Shown: one piece after another, positions 26,301-37,143 of the stretch
How the letters are laid out: each line of letters begins with the position of its first letter
Numbering within the stretch: position 1 is the stretch's first letter
Source of the DNA: Plasmodiophora brassicae
Lineage: Eukaryota
Direction: 5' to 3'
NCBI GenBank assembly: GCA_036867785.1
Contig: CP145425.1
Span: forward strand, 682,001-741,057
Length of the DNA: 59,057 bases
The notes under the pieces: generated by a model
The model's input: the letters and a program-made list of their open reading frames with translations, nothing else
What the model was told of the DNA's origin: nothing
Databases searched by the model: none
Position numbers and translations under genes: made by a program

Positions 26301-27253
26301 CCGGGGCCGGCGTGGTCGGCGCTGATCGACACGACGGCGAAGGCCGGGTCGGCCTGGGCGCCGGCCGCGTCGCGCAGCGCCCCGCCCGACAGGACGCGCG
26401 GCGCCGACACGCTCGCCCCGGCGATGTCGTAGACGTGCAGGGCGGCGCCCGCCGTCAGCGCCACGATCACGCGACGCTCCGGATGGGCCAGCAGGTCGAC
26501 CAGCGGGTCGCGCGACGCGAACAACGGCGCGAACGGCAGCAGCAACGAGGCGGCGCGGTCCAGCAGCGTCGTGTGGTGCACCTGGACAGGGGGGAGCGTT
26601 AGCGCGCGTGCGTTGGACCCGCGGCGCGCGCCGTGCCCGTTTACCTTCCTGCACTTGGCGGCGAACCATCGCTGCCCGGGCCGGTACTCGATCTCGTACA
26701 GGCGCCCGTCCTTGCCGGCGGTGAAGATGCGCCCGTCGTCGGTGCCGGCGACGGCCAGCATGTGGACGCCGTCGGCGGCGGCGGCGTACGACGTCGTGAC
26801 CAGGTCGACGGTGCGGTCGTCGGGTCGGTGGCGCACGCCGACGAGGACGATCTCGCCGGCGGTGCACACGACGAGGACGTGGGCGATGTCGTCGACGAAG
26901 ACGCCGGGGCGGGGGCGCACCAGGCCGACGCAGACGATGACCTGGTCGAGCGCGTCCATCGTGCAGTACTGCCCGGTGCGGTAGTCGAACAGGAACAGGA
27001 CGTTGTCGACGGTGACGTAGGCGCGGTCAATGTCGGGCAGCAGGCCGAGGAACGCCGCGCACTGCATGGCGTCGTAGGCGGCGCAGATCGCGCCCGGCAG
27101 CGGCACGTAGCGGCGCGCCTCCACGACGTCGCCGTCGTACACGTAGTTGGCCAGCTGGGTGGCGGGCCGCACGTCCGCCGACAGGCACGCGTCGATGCGG
27201 TCGGCGGCGGCGGCGTACGCGGGCGACGACGACGCCGACGCGGCGACGGACAT
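23324..27253 (-). CDS. NUP155: Nucleoporin Nup155/Nup170; one intron ~26583-26643
   Basis: LGLLPDIDRAYVTVDNVLFLFDY...LDQVIVCVGLVRPRPGVF...GTDDGRIFTAGKDGRLYEIEY; long helical C-terminus. Confidence 0.9.
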   Translation of the reverse strand: MSVAASASSSPAYAAAADRIDACLSADVRPATQLANYVYDGDVVEARRYVPLPGAICAAYDAMQCAAFLGLLPDIDRAYVTVDNVLFLFDYRTGQYCTMDALDQVIVCVGLVRPRPGVFVDDIAHVLVVCTAGEIVLVGVRHRPDDRTVDLVTTSYAAAADGVHMLAVAGTDDGRIFTAGKDGRLYEIEYRPGQRWFAAKCRKVNGHGARRGSNARALTLPPVQVHHTTLLDRAASLLLPFAPLFASRDPLVDLLAHPERRVIVALTAGAALHVYDIAGASVSAPRVLSGGALRDAAGAQADPAFAVVSISADHAGPGFLCLVTNRATRLFVDDDPLRVQAVRVCPRYVSAPAARTARRQYKPCFVAGQSPSNVRRAAQAHDCLLVADLRDTLHDTLVAMTTTPVTRQQQQQQQALQDPNPASSAAAPPVAYDENVEAHAADARVHAMAAVSPYRQQGQGQGQQQRHWAIDPSASALALQHVLPATQFLVLTATRLTVLTVARPIDRLASAITSSSSDGAPALQALVDQYGPGETCAMLLALICCPPVPSSAAAQYDGVAAAPPVYVVKGKRRLSSSPSPGTDPSCALLHAQEVRQAAIQRFLWLGGGGDAVPGGGAQHQQHEASSSSPALSALYVFAARLVRVMWSRPVLAGAGAARLRLAGGGAYDGTARALQHLVQFIDEYQVPRVRVGAPQAAADQLTALAALRALLQRCLELMRLLVVVGDGGGGVGVPPVLAAMDGAERFHLESYTMKDLVVTGAGARCVQALIRALIDVDGAASGGALLDTLRRQCPSFVDQADLDLFNGLQMLHQAQYERSLAPSSAAGADDRGGAGARTRRQALQVLMRAAANVDFPLAQVVDRLTGAGLLHDVVRLCVHRAGELERLASSMTTTSAADDRLRRQTIAGRQKAAYQAACTAVDQLRARSSPALRAALADCFASTSPAFLNDYLFPFYLRHLPADYDQACPAFEAYLVRHRLFDRLRQYWVALRRYADGARFFAALPYDDDLCGPGASVRDRIRHLEVALEFARYDDGDVGGAGTVVPARAALTADLRKAIALGEVQADIIARLTALQADDADDDNDDTQADLAAMLGALHDSNALYACACRHRLFEACLRILQVEDSRAHGDVVAALYANIVSALIQSGEERRADWRPAVRACLARLGRLYAQTAFLFPVGALAELLEQHDAGRGDPAAAPGRDGPSFVVPLLLDDCEVPVGTLLGVYAHLWRHWPGADRTRLADSIAYLLAPAHLDAVDPVAHERALDEARDLADLCYSMTTGDHQRALFGRLRDHYRQKQQQKQQQRR

Positions 27254-27406
27254 GGGTGGTGGTGGTGGTGGTGCCGGGACGACGCTGGCGGCGGCGGCGG
27301 CAGGCGGCAGGTCAGCGACGACGGCGGCGCGGGCCGGGGCTGTTCGCGGACTCCGCGACTGCAACAGGTCGCCGTCACTGCCAGGCCTCGCGACGTCGCC
27401 CTGCCG

Positions 27407-27988
27407 ATGGACGACGACCACGCCAGGCGAGCCCTGGTCGTGATCGACATGTCGGTCGAGCAGGTCGTCGACGACCTGTACGGGCGCGCGCCCGTCATCG
27501 ACAACATCAACCGGCTGGTCGAGGCGACGGGCGCCGTGTTCGCGGCGTCGTTCGACTGCCGCCTGTGGATCGGTGCGCCCAGCGAGACGTCGCTCTGGGC
27601 CGTGTACCCGGGCGTCGGGTCGGCCGGCAGCGCCGGCGCCCGCCTGCTGCCCGAGATCGACCCGAACGGCCGGCTGGCGTTCGTCGCGAAGCGCAACTAC
27701 TCGTGCTTCTTCGAGACCGACCTGGACGATCGGCTCGGGCGGGCCGGCATCCGGGACGTCTACCTGGCCGGCATCAACACCGACTTCTGCGTGTTCGCCA
27801 CCGCCCTGGACGCCTTCTACCGGCGGTACACGACCCGTGTCGTCCACGACGCCGTCACGTCCGTCCTGGGGCGGGACGCGCACCGGGCCGGCCTGGCCCG
27901 CGTCCAGGCCCACTTTGGCCCGCGCGCCCTCGTCGCCACGGCCGACGTCCTCCAGCTGCCCTCACTACAGGTGCACCGGCGTGGGTAA
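27407..27988 (+). CDS. Isochorismatase/nicotinamidase-family cysteine hydrolase
   Basis: ALVVIDM, KRNYSCFFETDL, LAGINTDFCVFATALDAF, VVHDAV motifs. Confidence 0.85.
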   Translation: MDDDHARRALVVIDMSVEQVVDDLYGRAPVIDNINRLVEATGAVFAASFDCRLWIGAPSETSLWAVYPGVGSAGSAGARLLPEIDPNGRLAFVAKRNYSCFFETDLDDRLGRAGIRDVYLAGINTDFCVFATALDAFYRRYTTRVVHDAVTSVLGRDAHRAGLARVQAHFGPRALVATADVLQLPSLQVHRRG

Positions 27989-28008
27989 CATGGCAGCGGT
28001 GTCTGTGT

Positions 28009-31000
28009 TCATGGCATGTGCAGGCGGACGTAGGCCCGCGGGATGTACCCTCGGCGACCGTCGGCGGCGCAGGCGAAGCCCCAGCCCTCGTCCGTGTCCC
28101 GGTACCGGTCGAACAGGTCGCCGGCCGCGAACGACAGCTCGCCGTTCTTGGCGTCGCCGACGAAGTCGTACAGCGCCTCGTAGACGGGCGATGTGTCGTA
28201 CGATGCCGCCGTGGTGGCACCTGTCGATGTCATCGTCGTCGTCGTCGTCGTCGTCCCGTCCGTGTACCTGTCGGCCTTCTTGGTGAACGTCGTCGCCATG
28301 TCGCTGAGCAGGTCCTCCCAGGGCGACCGGCACGACGTCGTCGTGTCCTGCGGGGCGTCGGCGGCGGCGCTGGACGTCGCCACCGACGACCGGGTGACGA
28401 TGGAGGTCCACCAGGGGTCGTCCGCCGGCACCTTGTAGCCCGAGCGCCCGGACGACGATGACGACAATGATTGTGGCAGGCGCGTCGACGTCACCTGGGA
28501 GGCGGTCCTGTAGGGCGTGCCGGCCCGGCGGGCGTCGCCCCCGCTGCTGCCCTGCATCATGGAGATCATCGACACGGGGATGTCGTTCGCCGGCACCGCC
28601 TCCTCCTGCGCCTTCCGGTACTGCGTCGCGAGGATGTTCAGCTGGTAGACGATCGCCAGCAGCGCCGCCGCCGCGTCCAGCGTCAGGAACGCGGGTTCGG
28701 CGACGGCGACCTGGGCCCTGTACGACGCCGGCCATGCGAGCGACCAGGTCCAGAGCAGCGACGACCCGAGCAGGACCAGGCCCATGGCGGTCGTCAGCCT
28801 GCGGACGAACGCGGCGATCCGCATGTACCTGCAGCAGCAGAACGTCAGCTCGCTGGGTCGACGACGACGATGACGCGCGCGCGCGCTCGTCCGTTACGAG
28901 TTGGCCCTGGTGGACGCCTTCCCGACGGTGGCGAACTGGACGGCGAGGCCCGTGGCGATCGTGCCGCCCGTGACGGGGATGACCAGGGCGACGGCGGCGG
29001 TGGACGCGCAGACGACGGCGGCGGCCAGCGTGTCCAGGGCGGGCAGGCGCAGCGCGTACCCGAGGACGAGCAGCGGGCCGGGCGAGACGGCGACCAGGGC
29101 GACGGTCAGGCGCAGCGTCCAGGCGATGGCCCGCAGGGTCGCCAGGTGCCCCGGCGTGTACCGCCCGGCCATGTCCTCGACGCTGGCCCAGATCGTGGCC
29201 AGCAGGGCGATCAGGTAGGCGAACGCGGCGAACTGGATCGACTGGGTTAGGGCGGCCAGCGCCCTGGCCACGTACGGGCCGACGTCGGGCACGGCCGCCG
29301 CTTGCACCAGCAGCAGCAGCAGGCGCAGGGCCGACCGCCCGACAACCAGCGCGTTCATGACGCGGAACGAGCGCAGGGCGCTGCGGTTGGCGATCAGGCG
29401 CGGGGCGGCGACGGCGCAGGCCAGGGCGGTCGCCAGGGTCGCGCAGGCCACGGCCGAGAACGCGATCGAGACGGGCGCGCCCAGCGTGGCGTCGTCGCCG
29501 GGCGACGGGCGCTCCACCAGGACGAAGTCGGTGAGGTGCGTGCAGGCGCAGGCCAGCGGCGGGCCGGCGACGACGGTGCACCCGGCGCCGCTCATCGTCG
29601 TGCGGTCGGCGCTGAGCCACATGCAGGCGACGTTGCCGGGCGTCATGCGCTCCGACACGACCGGCATCACCATGGTGACCGGGTCGGGCAGGTTGGTCAC
29701 GGCGGCCGGCGACGACGACCCGTTCGCGTACACGCTGACCGACAGGATGCCCGTACCCGCCCACGACGTCGACACGACGCCCAGCGACACGCCCGCGTAC
29801 CGCGCTCGCAGCGCCAGCGGCACGTCCACCCGGCACGAGGTCGCACACGACGCCGACGCCGCCGCCGGCGCGTACGCGTCCACCCGGTACGCCTGGACGA
29901 CGAACGCGCTGGTGCGTATCGGGGCGCGGCACGATCGGGTGCACTGCGACGCCGTGTCGACGTCGTTCAGCGTGTCGACCGCGACCCGCTCCACGACCGC
30001 CTGCAGAGCGCGTCAGTGAGCAACACGCTCGTCATTCGCCCGATGTACCGCACCTGGGCGGCGCGCGGCACCTCGCCCTCCCTGCTCAGGACGCGCAGGC
30101 AGGACGCCGTCGTCAGCGACGTGGCCATGCGGGCCGACGCGCTCAGCGGCGCCGCCCAGCCGCTGATGAACGCGTGGACGGCGTCCAGGGCGGCGCTGGC
30201 CATCGGCCGCGTGATCAGGTCGTCGTCGTCATGATCGTTGTCGTCGTCGTCGTGCGCGATCATGGCCAGGGCCCAGGCGGCCGCCGTGGTCGCGTCCGGC
30301 GTCAGGGTCGTGGTCGTCGTCAGTCGGGGTGCCACCAGGCCCAGCAGGCGCAGGCGCGTCGCCGTCGCCGCCTGCGTCGGCACGGCGTTCATCAGGGACG
30401 CGGCCGCACAGGCCACGTCGACCTCGCTCATGTCGGGCAGGGACAGGCGCTGCGCGACCAGGTCGGCCACGTCGACGGGCGCCGCCGGCGGTCGCACGAC
30501 GACGGTGACGGGGGCGGCGGTCGCGCACGATCGCTGCCCGGCGCCCGGCGTCGTCGTCGCCGCCAGCACGGCCGTGATGTTCAGCGCGTACCCGTTGGAC
30601 GCGTCGCCGACCGGCAGGACGGTCTGCAGGCGCGCCAGGCAGGCGCCGTCGCCCAGGGCGCTCGGGTACGCGCCGCCCCGCATCATCGCGTAGAACACGG
30701 CGCACGACGTCGACGACGACGACGGCACCGACAGGGTCACCGTGTCGACCAGCGCCGTGATCGGCCGGCCGGCGGGCGCCGCCACCACCACCGATGCGGA
30801 CGCGGCCGGCCAGGCCGACGGCGCCGTCGTCACCGACGTCTGCGCCCGGTGCACGGCGCCGCCGAGCGTCAGCGTCACCGTGAACGTGTACGTGCGGGCG
30901 CCGGCGCGCAGGGCGCAGGGTGCCAGGCGCAACTCGGCGTCGGACAGCGACGTCAGGACGGCGATCGATCCGGGGTCGCCCGCCGCCACGTCGTCGTCGT

Positions 31001-34000
31001 CGTCGTGGATCGACCAGCGCAGCGTGTCGCGGTCTAGGTCGAAGGCGGCGGCGGCGGCCGGCGACAGCACCGCCGTCAGGATCAGCGTCTGCGCCACGTC
31101 GATCGGGGCGTGCGGCGCCGCCGGGCCCTGGATCGAGACGGGCGGGGCGACGGTGCTCGGTGCCGCCGGCGACGTGCTCCGACGCGGGCGACCGATCGAC
31201 AACCGGGCCGACGACGAGGTCGGACGCTTGCCGGCCCGTCCCGACGTCGACGGCACCCGCACGGGTCTGCGCAACGTCGTCGTCGTCCTCGTCGGAAGGG
31301 ACCGGGTGCTGGGCGCCGGGACGACCAGCATGGCCCGCACGGCGCTGTGCAACAAGGCGAAGTTGTCGGCGTCGGCGTCGAGGTCGTCGACGGCGAACCC
31401 GCCCAGGGCCATGACCTTGACGAAGGCGGCCTTGGCGGCGATGGACGCCGGGTTCTCGTACGAGACGACAATGCCGCTGCCCGCATTGTAGAGGAAGGCG
31501 GCCTGGCTGACCGGGTCCCACTGGTCGAGCCAGGCGCCCGGCGTCGCCGCCTGCCGCAGGGCGAGCAGGTCGCCGTACCGGTAGTGCTGGGCGACGTCGG
31601 TCGCCCCGGTGGCGTACGCGGACCCGGTCGCCGCGAACACGCCCGGGTAGAACGGGCCGGGGATGGGCGCCGACAGGTTCCAGGCGGCCCCGTACACGGG
31701 CAGGCCCAGGACCAGCTTGCAGTGCGGGACGCCCCAGTTCAGCAGCTGGACGACGTTCGCCTCGATCGAGTAGTACTCGGGCGACGCCGCGTTGAAGTGC
31801 AGCGGGTTCAGGTGCCCCGGCACGGGCGACCAGGTGCCCCTGCAGGCCGCCGTGCGGTCAGCGCGGGGCGCCTTAGCGGCGATGCACGGGGCCGCCGCGA
31901 CGCGACGTACCACATCCACTCGTTGGCGTACTCGATAAAGTCGACGTGCGGGACGATGGCGGGGAGGTCGTAGGCGGCGTACATGGTGTCGGCCTGGACG
32001 GTGACGGTCAGGGACAGGAGGGCGCCCGGGGGCATCTGCGCCCGGAACATCTGCATCAGGACGGGCAGCTGGGTGCGATCCGTCGGCAGGTGCGGGTCGT
32101 TCTGGTAACTGGCGCCCAGCATCGGGCTGTCTGCACCGGGGCGGAGGGGGCACCACGCGCACCGTCAGCGACCGCGGTGCACCCGGCGGCGCCGTACCCC
32201 GACTTACTCCAGTTGACGTTCAGGCCGTCGAACCCGTACTGCTGCATCATGGCGACGCAGGAGGACACGAAGGCGGACCGGCGACCGGCGTCGGAGACCA
32301 GCGAGCTGAACATGACGTTCTGGCCCAGCTGCAGGATCGTCGTCAGGTGCGGGTACTTGAGCTTCAGCCGGCGCAGCTGGTTCACGTCGCCGTGGTACGG
32401 GTCGCCCGTGTCGTTGCCGAGCGTGTTCGCCCCGAACACCCGCACGAGGTCGTTCACGGGCGACGCGAACTGACACTGCCACGACGCGTTCGCCCCCGCC
32501 GACTCGTAGATGACGTGCGTCAGCAGCGAACCGTCGATGGCGGCGACCGGCAGGTACGCGTCCTTGTAGCTCGCGTATCGCCCAATGACGCGCGTTGCTG
32601 TCTGCAGAGCGGGCGTCGCCATGCCTCCCGACGTCGAGCTCGCGCGGACGGGTGCGCACGCACCCGGCGCCTGCCGCGCGTAACTCGGAACGGCGCCGCC
32701 CGACGGTACGTAGGCGGGCTGCCCGAGGCAGGGGGCCGAACCCTTCAACGCCACCTGCATGGCCGTCACGATGTCGAACGCGGACGTGTCGCCGCTCACG
32801 TCGGTGAATATGACGCCGCCCAGGTTGTTGGCCGCGATGTACGCCGCCTTGGCGGCCATGGTCTGTGCCGACTCGACCGGAATCCAGACCAGCGACGACG
32901 GGTCGTACAGCACGCTGGCGTTGCTGCTCGCGTCCCAGACGACCGTGCAGGACGAGGGCGCGCCCGAACAGAGTTGCATGGCGTCCCGGTACCGGAACAG
33001 GCCGTTGTCAGTGGCCCCCGCTGTGTACGTCGTCCCGGGGGCGAACAGCGCCGGGAACGACGCGGGGACGTTCGACGTCAGCTTCCACGCCGGATACGAT
33101 AGCGGCACGCCCAGGATGAACTTGCAGGGCGGGACGCCGGCCGCCAGCGCCTGCACGACCAGGCCGTCGACCGTGTCGGAGCTGGGCGACCCGACCGTGA
33201 AGAACAGGTTGGCGTAATGCGCCGTCGACGTCGACCAGGTGCCGTACAGGCCGAACGTGTCGGCATGGATCCAGTCGACCTGGTTGGCGATGCCGGCCAG
33301 GTCGTACCTGGGGTACAGCGTGCCCGCGTTGAAGTTCACGTTCGCCGTCAGTAGCAGGCCTGGGTCTTCCGTCCGGAACGCCGCCAGCAGCAACGGCAGG
33401 TTGGCCTTATCGGCCGGGCTGTGCACGTTCATCCAGGCGCCGCCCATCACTGGGTACTCTGTGGACAGACAGACAGGCACGTGAGATGGCTGCATCACGT
33501 GCATTACGCGCGCGAACAGGTGAAGGTCAACGTACGCCAGCGGATCTCGACGCCATCGAACCCGTAGTACCGCGCCAGTTGCGTGCACGACGACGCCAGA
33601 AGATGGCGACCGGCATCGCTGGCGGCGATTACACTGACGTTCGTCGAGAAGGAATACCCGCCAATGGAGACGAGCGTCCGTAGTCGTCCGGCATTGCCGG
33701 CCTGCTGCTTCAGGAGGCGCAGCTGGTAGAAGTTGCCCCTGTACGGCGTGGCAGCGTTCGTGTCGTCACCCAGGGCATTCGACCCAAACGTCTGCTGGGT
33801 ATCGAACCAGGCGTTGTCCACGGCGCAGCGCCCTTCGACGATGTCGAACCCTTGGTAGACGATTTCGGTGAACAGGGCGCCGTTGATGCTGGCGATGGGC
33901 AGCACAGACGTCTTGTAGTTGAGGACAAATCCGATAATGTGGCTGGTCGTACCGGGGCCGGTCGCCGAGATCGAACAGTTCATGCACGGTTGCGGTGGTA

Positions 34001-34073
34001 CGGCGGCGGCGTGAGTGTGTGTCACGACGCCGGCAAGGACGTAAGCAAGCAGCGAGCTGTGCCAACGCCACAT
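28009..34073 (-). CDS. Receptor-like protein: signal peptide, 2 GH18 chitinase-like domains (catalytic motif substituted), REJ/PKD-like region, GPS motif, 7TM, C-terminal SH3; ~6 exons
   Basis: GH18 motifs (LVSIGG, GFDG, KFILGVP/KLVLGLP, AAKAAYI..NLGG); GPS C-W...GC...CACTHLTDFVLV; seven hydrophobic helices; SH3 ALYDFVGDAKNGELSFAAGD...EGW...GYIPRAYV; introns at ~33459-33535, 32131-32207, ~31841-31909, ~30002-30051, ~28829-28897. Confidence 0.75.
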
Positions 34074-34855
34074 GATATTACATGGAGTAGGGTAAGCGTA
34101 AGTGATCACATAGGTCGGTACCCTGGGCTTGATCGACACAGACACAGCAGTCCAGTACAGGACAGTCACGTTGAGATGGACAGTCGGCTGCAGGGGCGCG
34201 CGCGCGTACGTGTTGGTCTACGTACAATTATTACGACTAAGCAATAGTACGCTGTAAAACAGAAACAGCATCTTAATTATGTTGGGGTCCGTTCTTCCCG
34301 ACAGGGCGCCCCGGGTTACGGATTAGAGCCTGGGAACCGGCAGCGTGCTACAGGAACGTCGGCCCTGCAATCGATGTGCGTTCCCCCTGCGTACATGCAC
34401 GATCGTGACGTCGGTCGTCTAGGGATCCCGTTTCTGGAACGAGTATAACGTGATGATAATTAGATATCATATCGCACGCGCATCGAAAATCGAGCTGTTG
34501 GACTGCAATGGGCATCAAGCTGTAACCATCCGCACGTCTGGACCGCTTGGCGCTTGAAGCCCGACGATGCGGTTGCCCTAACAATGCACTGTATCGGACT
34601 GAAATGGGGCAGTCAAGGGATCGAAGCGAAGTTCCGCTCATCGAAATCCATTTCAGTCCGATACAGCAGTGCCTGCTCGAGCAGTACACCTCAGCAGAAA
34701 GTGAAGGACAATTCGTCCTACAGAAGCTGGTCAGCAAGAAACGGAGACGACGACCCCTCTAGACTGTGACGATAAATATAGGCCGCCGCCCTCAAGAGTA
34801 CGAATCGGTGCCCGACAGAATGCCAGCGCAGACGTCGCCGTAGTTTGGTTTCAGA

Positions 34856-36097
34856 ATGTTCCCGGTCAAGGGCGGCTATCAGCTGTTCCTGACAATATGT
34901 ATGCCTCTCTGCAGGGCTGAATTGATCGTCTGCTTCGCCGCCGCCCTGGACATTGGTTTCGTTGCCCCGTCCTCCTTCAGGCAGGGCGGTCTGAGCAGTG
35001 TCCAAAATGCCCGGTACCCTGCGAAAGACGACGACTACCGAGCAAATGCGTTCTTGATGCCGCCATCATCCGTGGCGAAACCCACGTACAACTTGTCGAA
35101 AGTCATCTGTGAAGACCTGCGCGCTAGCGCTGACCTAGGCGACATCTCGACCGGCTCTCCTCTCGATATGGTTACCGAACCTGCACTGCATGATGCAATC
35201 GCTGATGCCATCAGCTACTATTGCATCGACATCCACGCTGACGACCGGATCGCGAAGAATGTCTACCTGGAGTGCCTCGATGGCGGTCGGAGTACTGAGG
35301 GTGGATGTGGATATGACTGGTTTGAAGAAGGGGCGTCCCCACGTGCTGATCATGTGAAGGAACAGACGTCATCACCAACGCCAGCTACAGCCGAAACTGC
35401 TCGTAGCCAAGGGCGTTGCTCAACCGGATGCGCCCTGCAGAGCGCTGTCCTGAAGCCGAAGCCATCCCGATGCCTAGACGGTAGCAGCGCGTCAAGGAAA
35501 GTGCAGTGCTTCATTAACGGTATCAGTAGTGACACGGCTAAACAACGTCTCTGGCCGAGGTCGAGGATCCGCAAAGGGCTCTCTACTGTGGAACAAACTT
35601 TGCCAACGGCGCTGCTCGTTATGCGCCTGCGCGAAACAGGATGTGCCATTGCGACGTCTAAGAATCGCCTTGCGCGCTCTCTGTTACGGAAAGCGCTCGA
35701 GTTTACCAAATGGCATCCCATGAAGACCGCTGTCACTGGGGGCTTCTTTGCTGCGACACTTAAGGCTGTTCGGAACTCTCCGGTATCACCAACATCTCAC
35801 ATATCGACCTTCCGGAAAGTCGGCATCATTATCGCTGGGACGATCGGTATCGGTGTCGGTGCAGCAGGCGTTATCCACGGCGCCAAATTTGTTAAGGCGA
35901 AGAACGTGAAGGTGGGCGTCAACAAGGCTATCGCCAAGGCCGTTGCAACCTTGAAGATCCTCTCACGTAAGCAGGGCTTACCGAAGCAGGATACGGTTGC
36001 TTCCTCCAACGAGGCTCTTACAACGACTACCGCGCCCCGCGTTACTGTATCAGCAGCCCTTGCAGTTATCGGTGCTGTCGTAGCGACTTGTTGGTGA
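34856..36097 (+). CDS. Hypothetical protein, 413 aa, hydrophobic N- and C-termini
   Basis: Long ATG-initiated ORF in lower-GC DNA where chance ORFs are less likely; no family recognised. Confidence 0.5.
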   Translation: MFPVKGGYQLFLTICMPLCRAELIVCFAAALDIGFVAPSSFRQGGLSSVQNARYPAKDDDYRANAFLMPPSSVAKPTYNLSKVICEDLRASADLGDISTGSPLDMVTEPALHDAIADAISYYCIDIHADDRIAKNVYLECLDGGRSTEGGCGYDWFEEGASPRADHVKEQTSSPTPATAETARSQGRCSTGCALQSAVLKPKPSRCLDGSSASRKVQCFINGISSDTAKQRLWPRSRIRKGLSTVEQTLPTALLVMRLRETGCAIATSKNRLARSLLRKALEFTKWHPMKTAVTGGFFAATLKAVRNSPVSPTSHISTFRKVGIIIAGTIGIGVGAAGVIHGAKFVKAKNVKVGVNKAIAKAVATLKILSRKQGLPKQDTVASSNEALTTTTAPRVTVSAALAVIGAVVATCW

Positions 36098-36362
36098 GCT
36101 ATGCATGTGCGATGCCAGGCACTAACGACCTGCCAATAATGCATGAACTGTTGACACGTCTTCGTACGAATAAACAAATGTCTAAGCGCAGAAACGGGGG
36201 AAATCGTTGCCCTGACTCGTGCCGCGATCACGTTGTATCCTGATGGTTTTCCGTGGCATGGGGAATTCCATAATTGACGGTTCCGACTCTATCCAAACGG
36301 CAACGTGGCATTCCTGCGTTAAGCAAAGCGAACCCTACCGCTAGTTTCTGCTACTACTACTA

Positions 36363-37143
36363 CTACGACAGGCCAACGACGGCGACCGCATAGCCGCCAA
36401 TCATGGCCAGCACGGTCGCCAGCAACGAGTTGGCGGGCGGGATCCGATCAGCGGCGCCATTATTGCCGCCGCCGCTGCTGCTGCTGCTGGCGGCGACGTC
36501 GACGAGCGGGATGCTCTGCGGCCCGTTGAAGACGTTGGTCGGATCGGACGCGGCCTTGGCGCGCAGCAGGCGCTGGTAATTGTCGCGTCCCCAGTACGCG
36601 ATCGCCCAGGCCGGGGCGGACCCGTCGGCGGGCACGTCCGTGCCCAGGTCCAGGTCGATGTAGTTGACGTAGGCGCCGATCGTGTACGGGCGCAGGTCGG
36701 CGGCGAAGGCCGTCACCCAGGCGCGTGCGCGGGCGCCCCCGTTGTCGTTGGCGCCCGCCCATACGCCCTGGAACTGGACGCCATGCAGGGCGTTGCGATG
36801 GGCGAACGCCGTCGCGTCCGGCGCCACGTCGGCAATGGCGCCGCCGTTCGCGTCGAGCAGGACGTACGACCCGGCGGCGACGGGCGACGCCAGATGCGCC
36901 AGGAACGTCGCCATGCTTGTGGCGCCGGGCGCGAACGCCTCCACGACGTACGTCGATTTCGCCTTGAACGGCGCCTGCGTCGGCGCGTCGCCGGGGCGCG
37001 CCGAGAGCGCCGACAGGGGCGTCGTCGGCCCCAGGCGCGCCATGACGATGGCGCTGCGTGCCCACGACATCTCGCGCAGGTCGACGGGCGCGCCGCCGCC
37101 CGCCAGCAGCAGCGCCGGCATGCCCCGCGCCAGCTCGGCGCCT
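36363..37143 (-). pseudogene. 3' half of a berberine-bridge-enzyme-like FAD oxidase with a GPI-like tail; 5' part replaced by retroelement sequence
   Basis: ATAFAHRN...GAYVNYIDLDL...AYWGRDNYQRLLRAKAASDPTNVFNGPQSIP (BBE domain); no FAD-binding N-terminus; abuts LINE sequence at ~37144. Confidence 0.8.

Noticed and set aside
27254-27913. N-terminal extension of the 1529-aa NUP155 ORF
   Set aside because: It is the antisense of the isochorismatase gene; the likely start is the ATG at 27253
34547-34762. Short ORF faintly resembling an integrase/chromodomain junction
   Set aside because: Too short and weak; no other LTR-element features nearby
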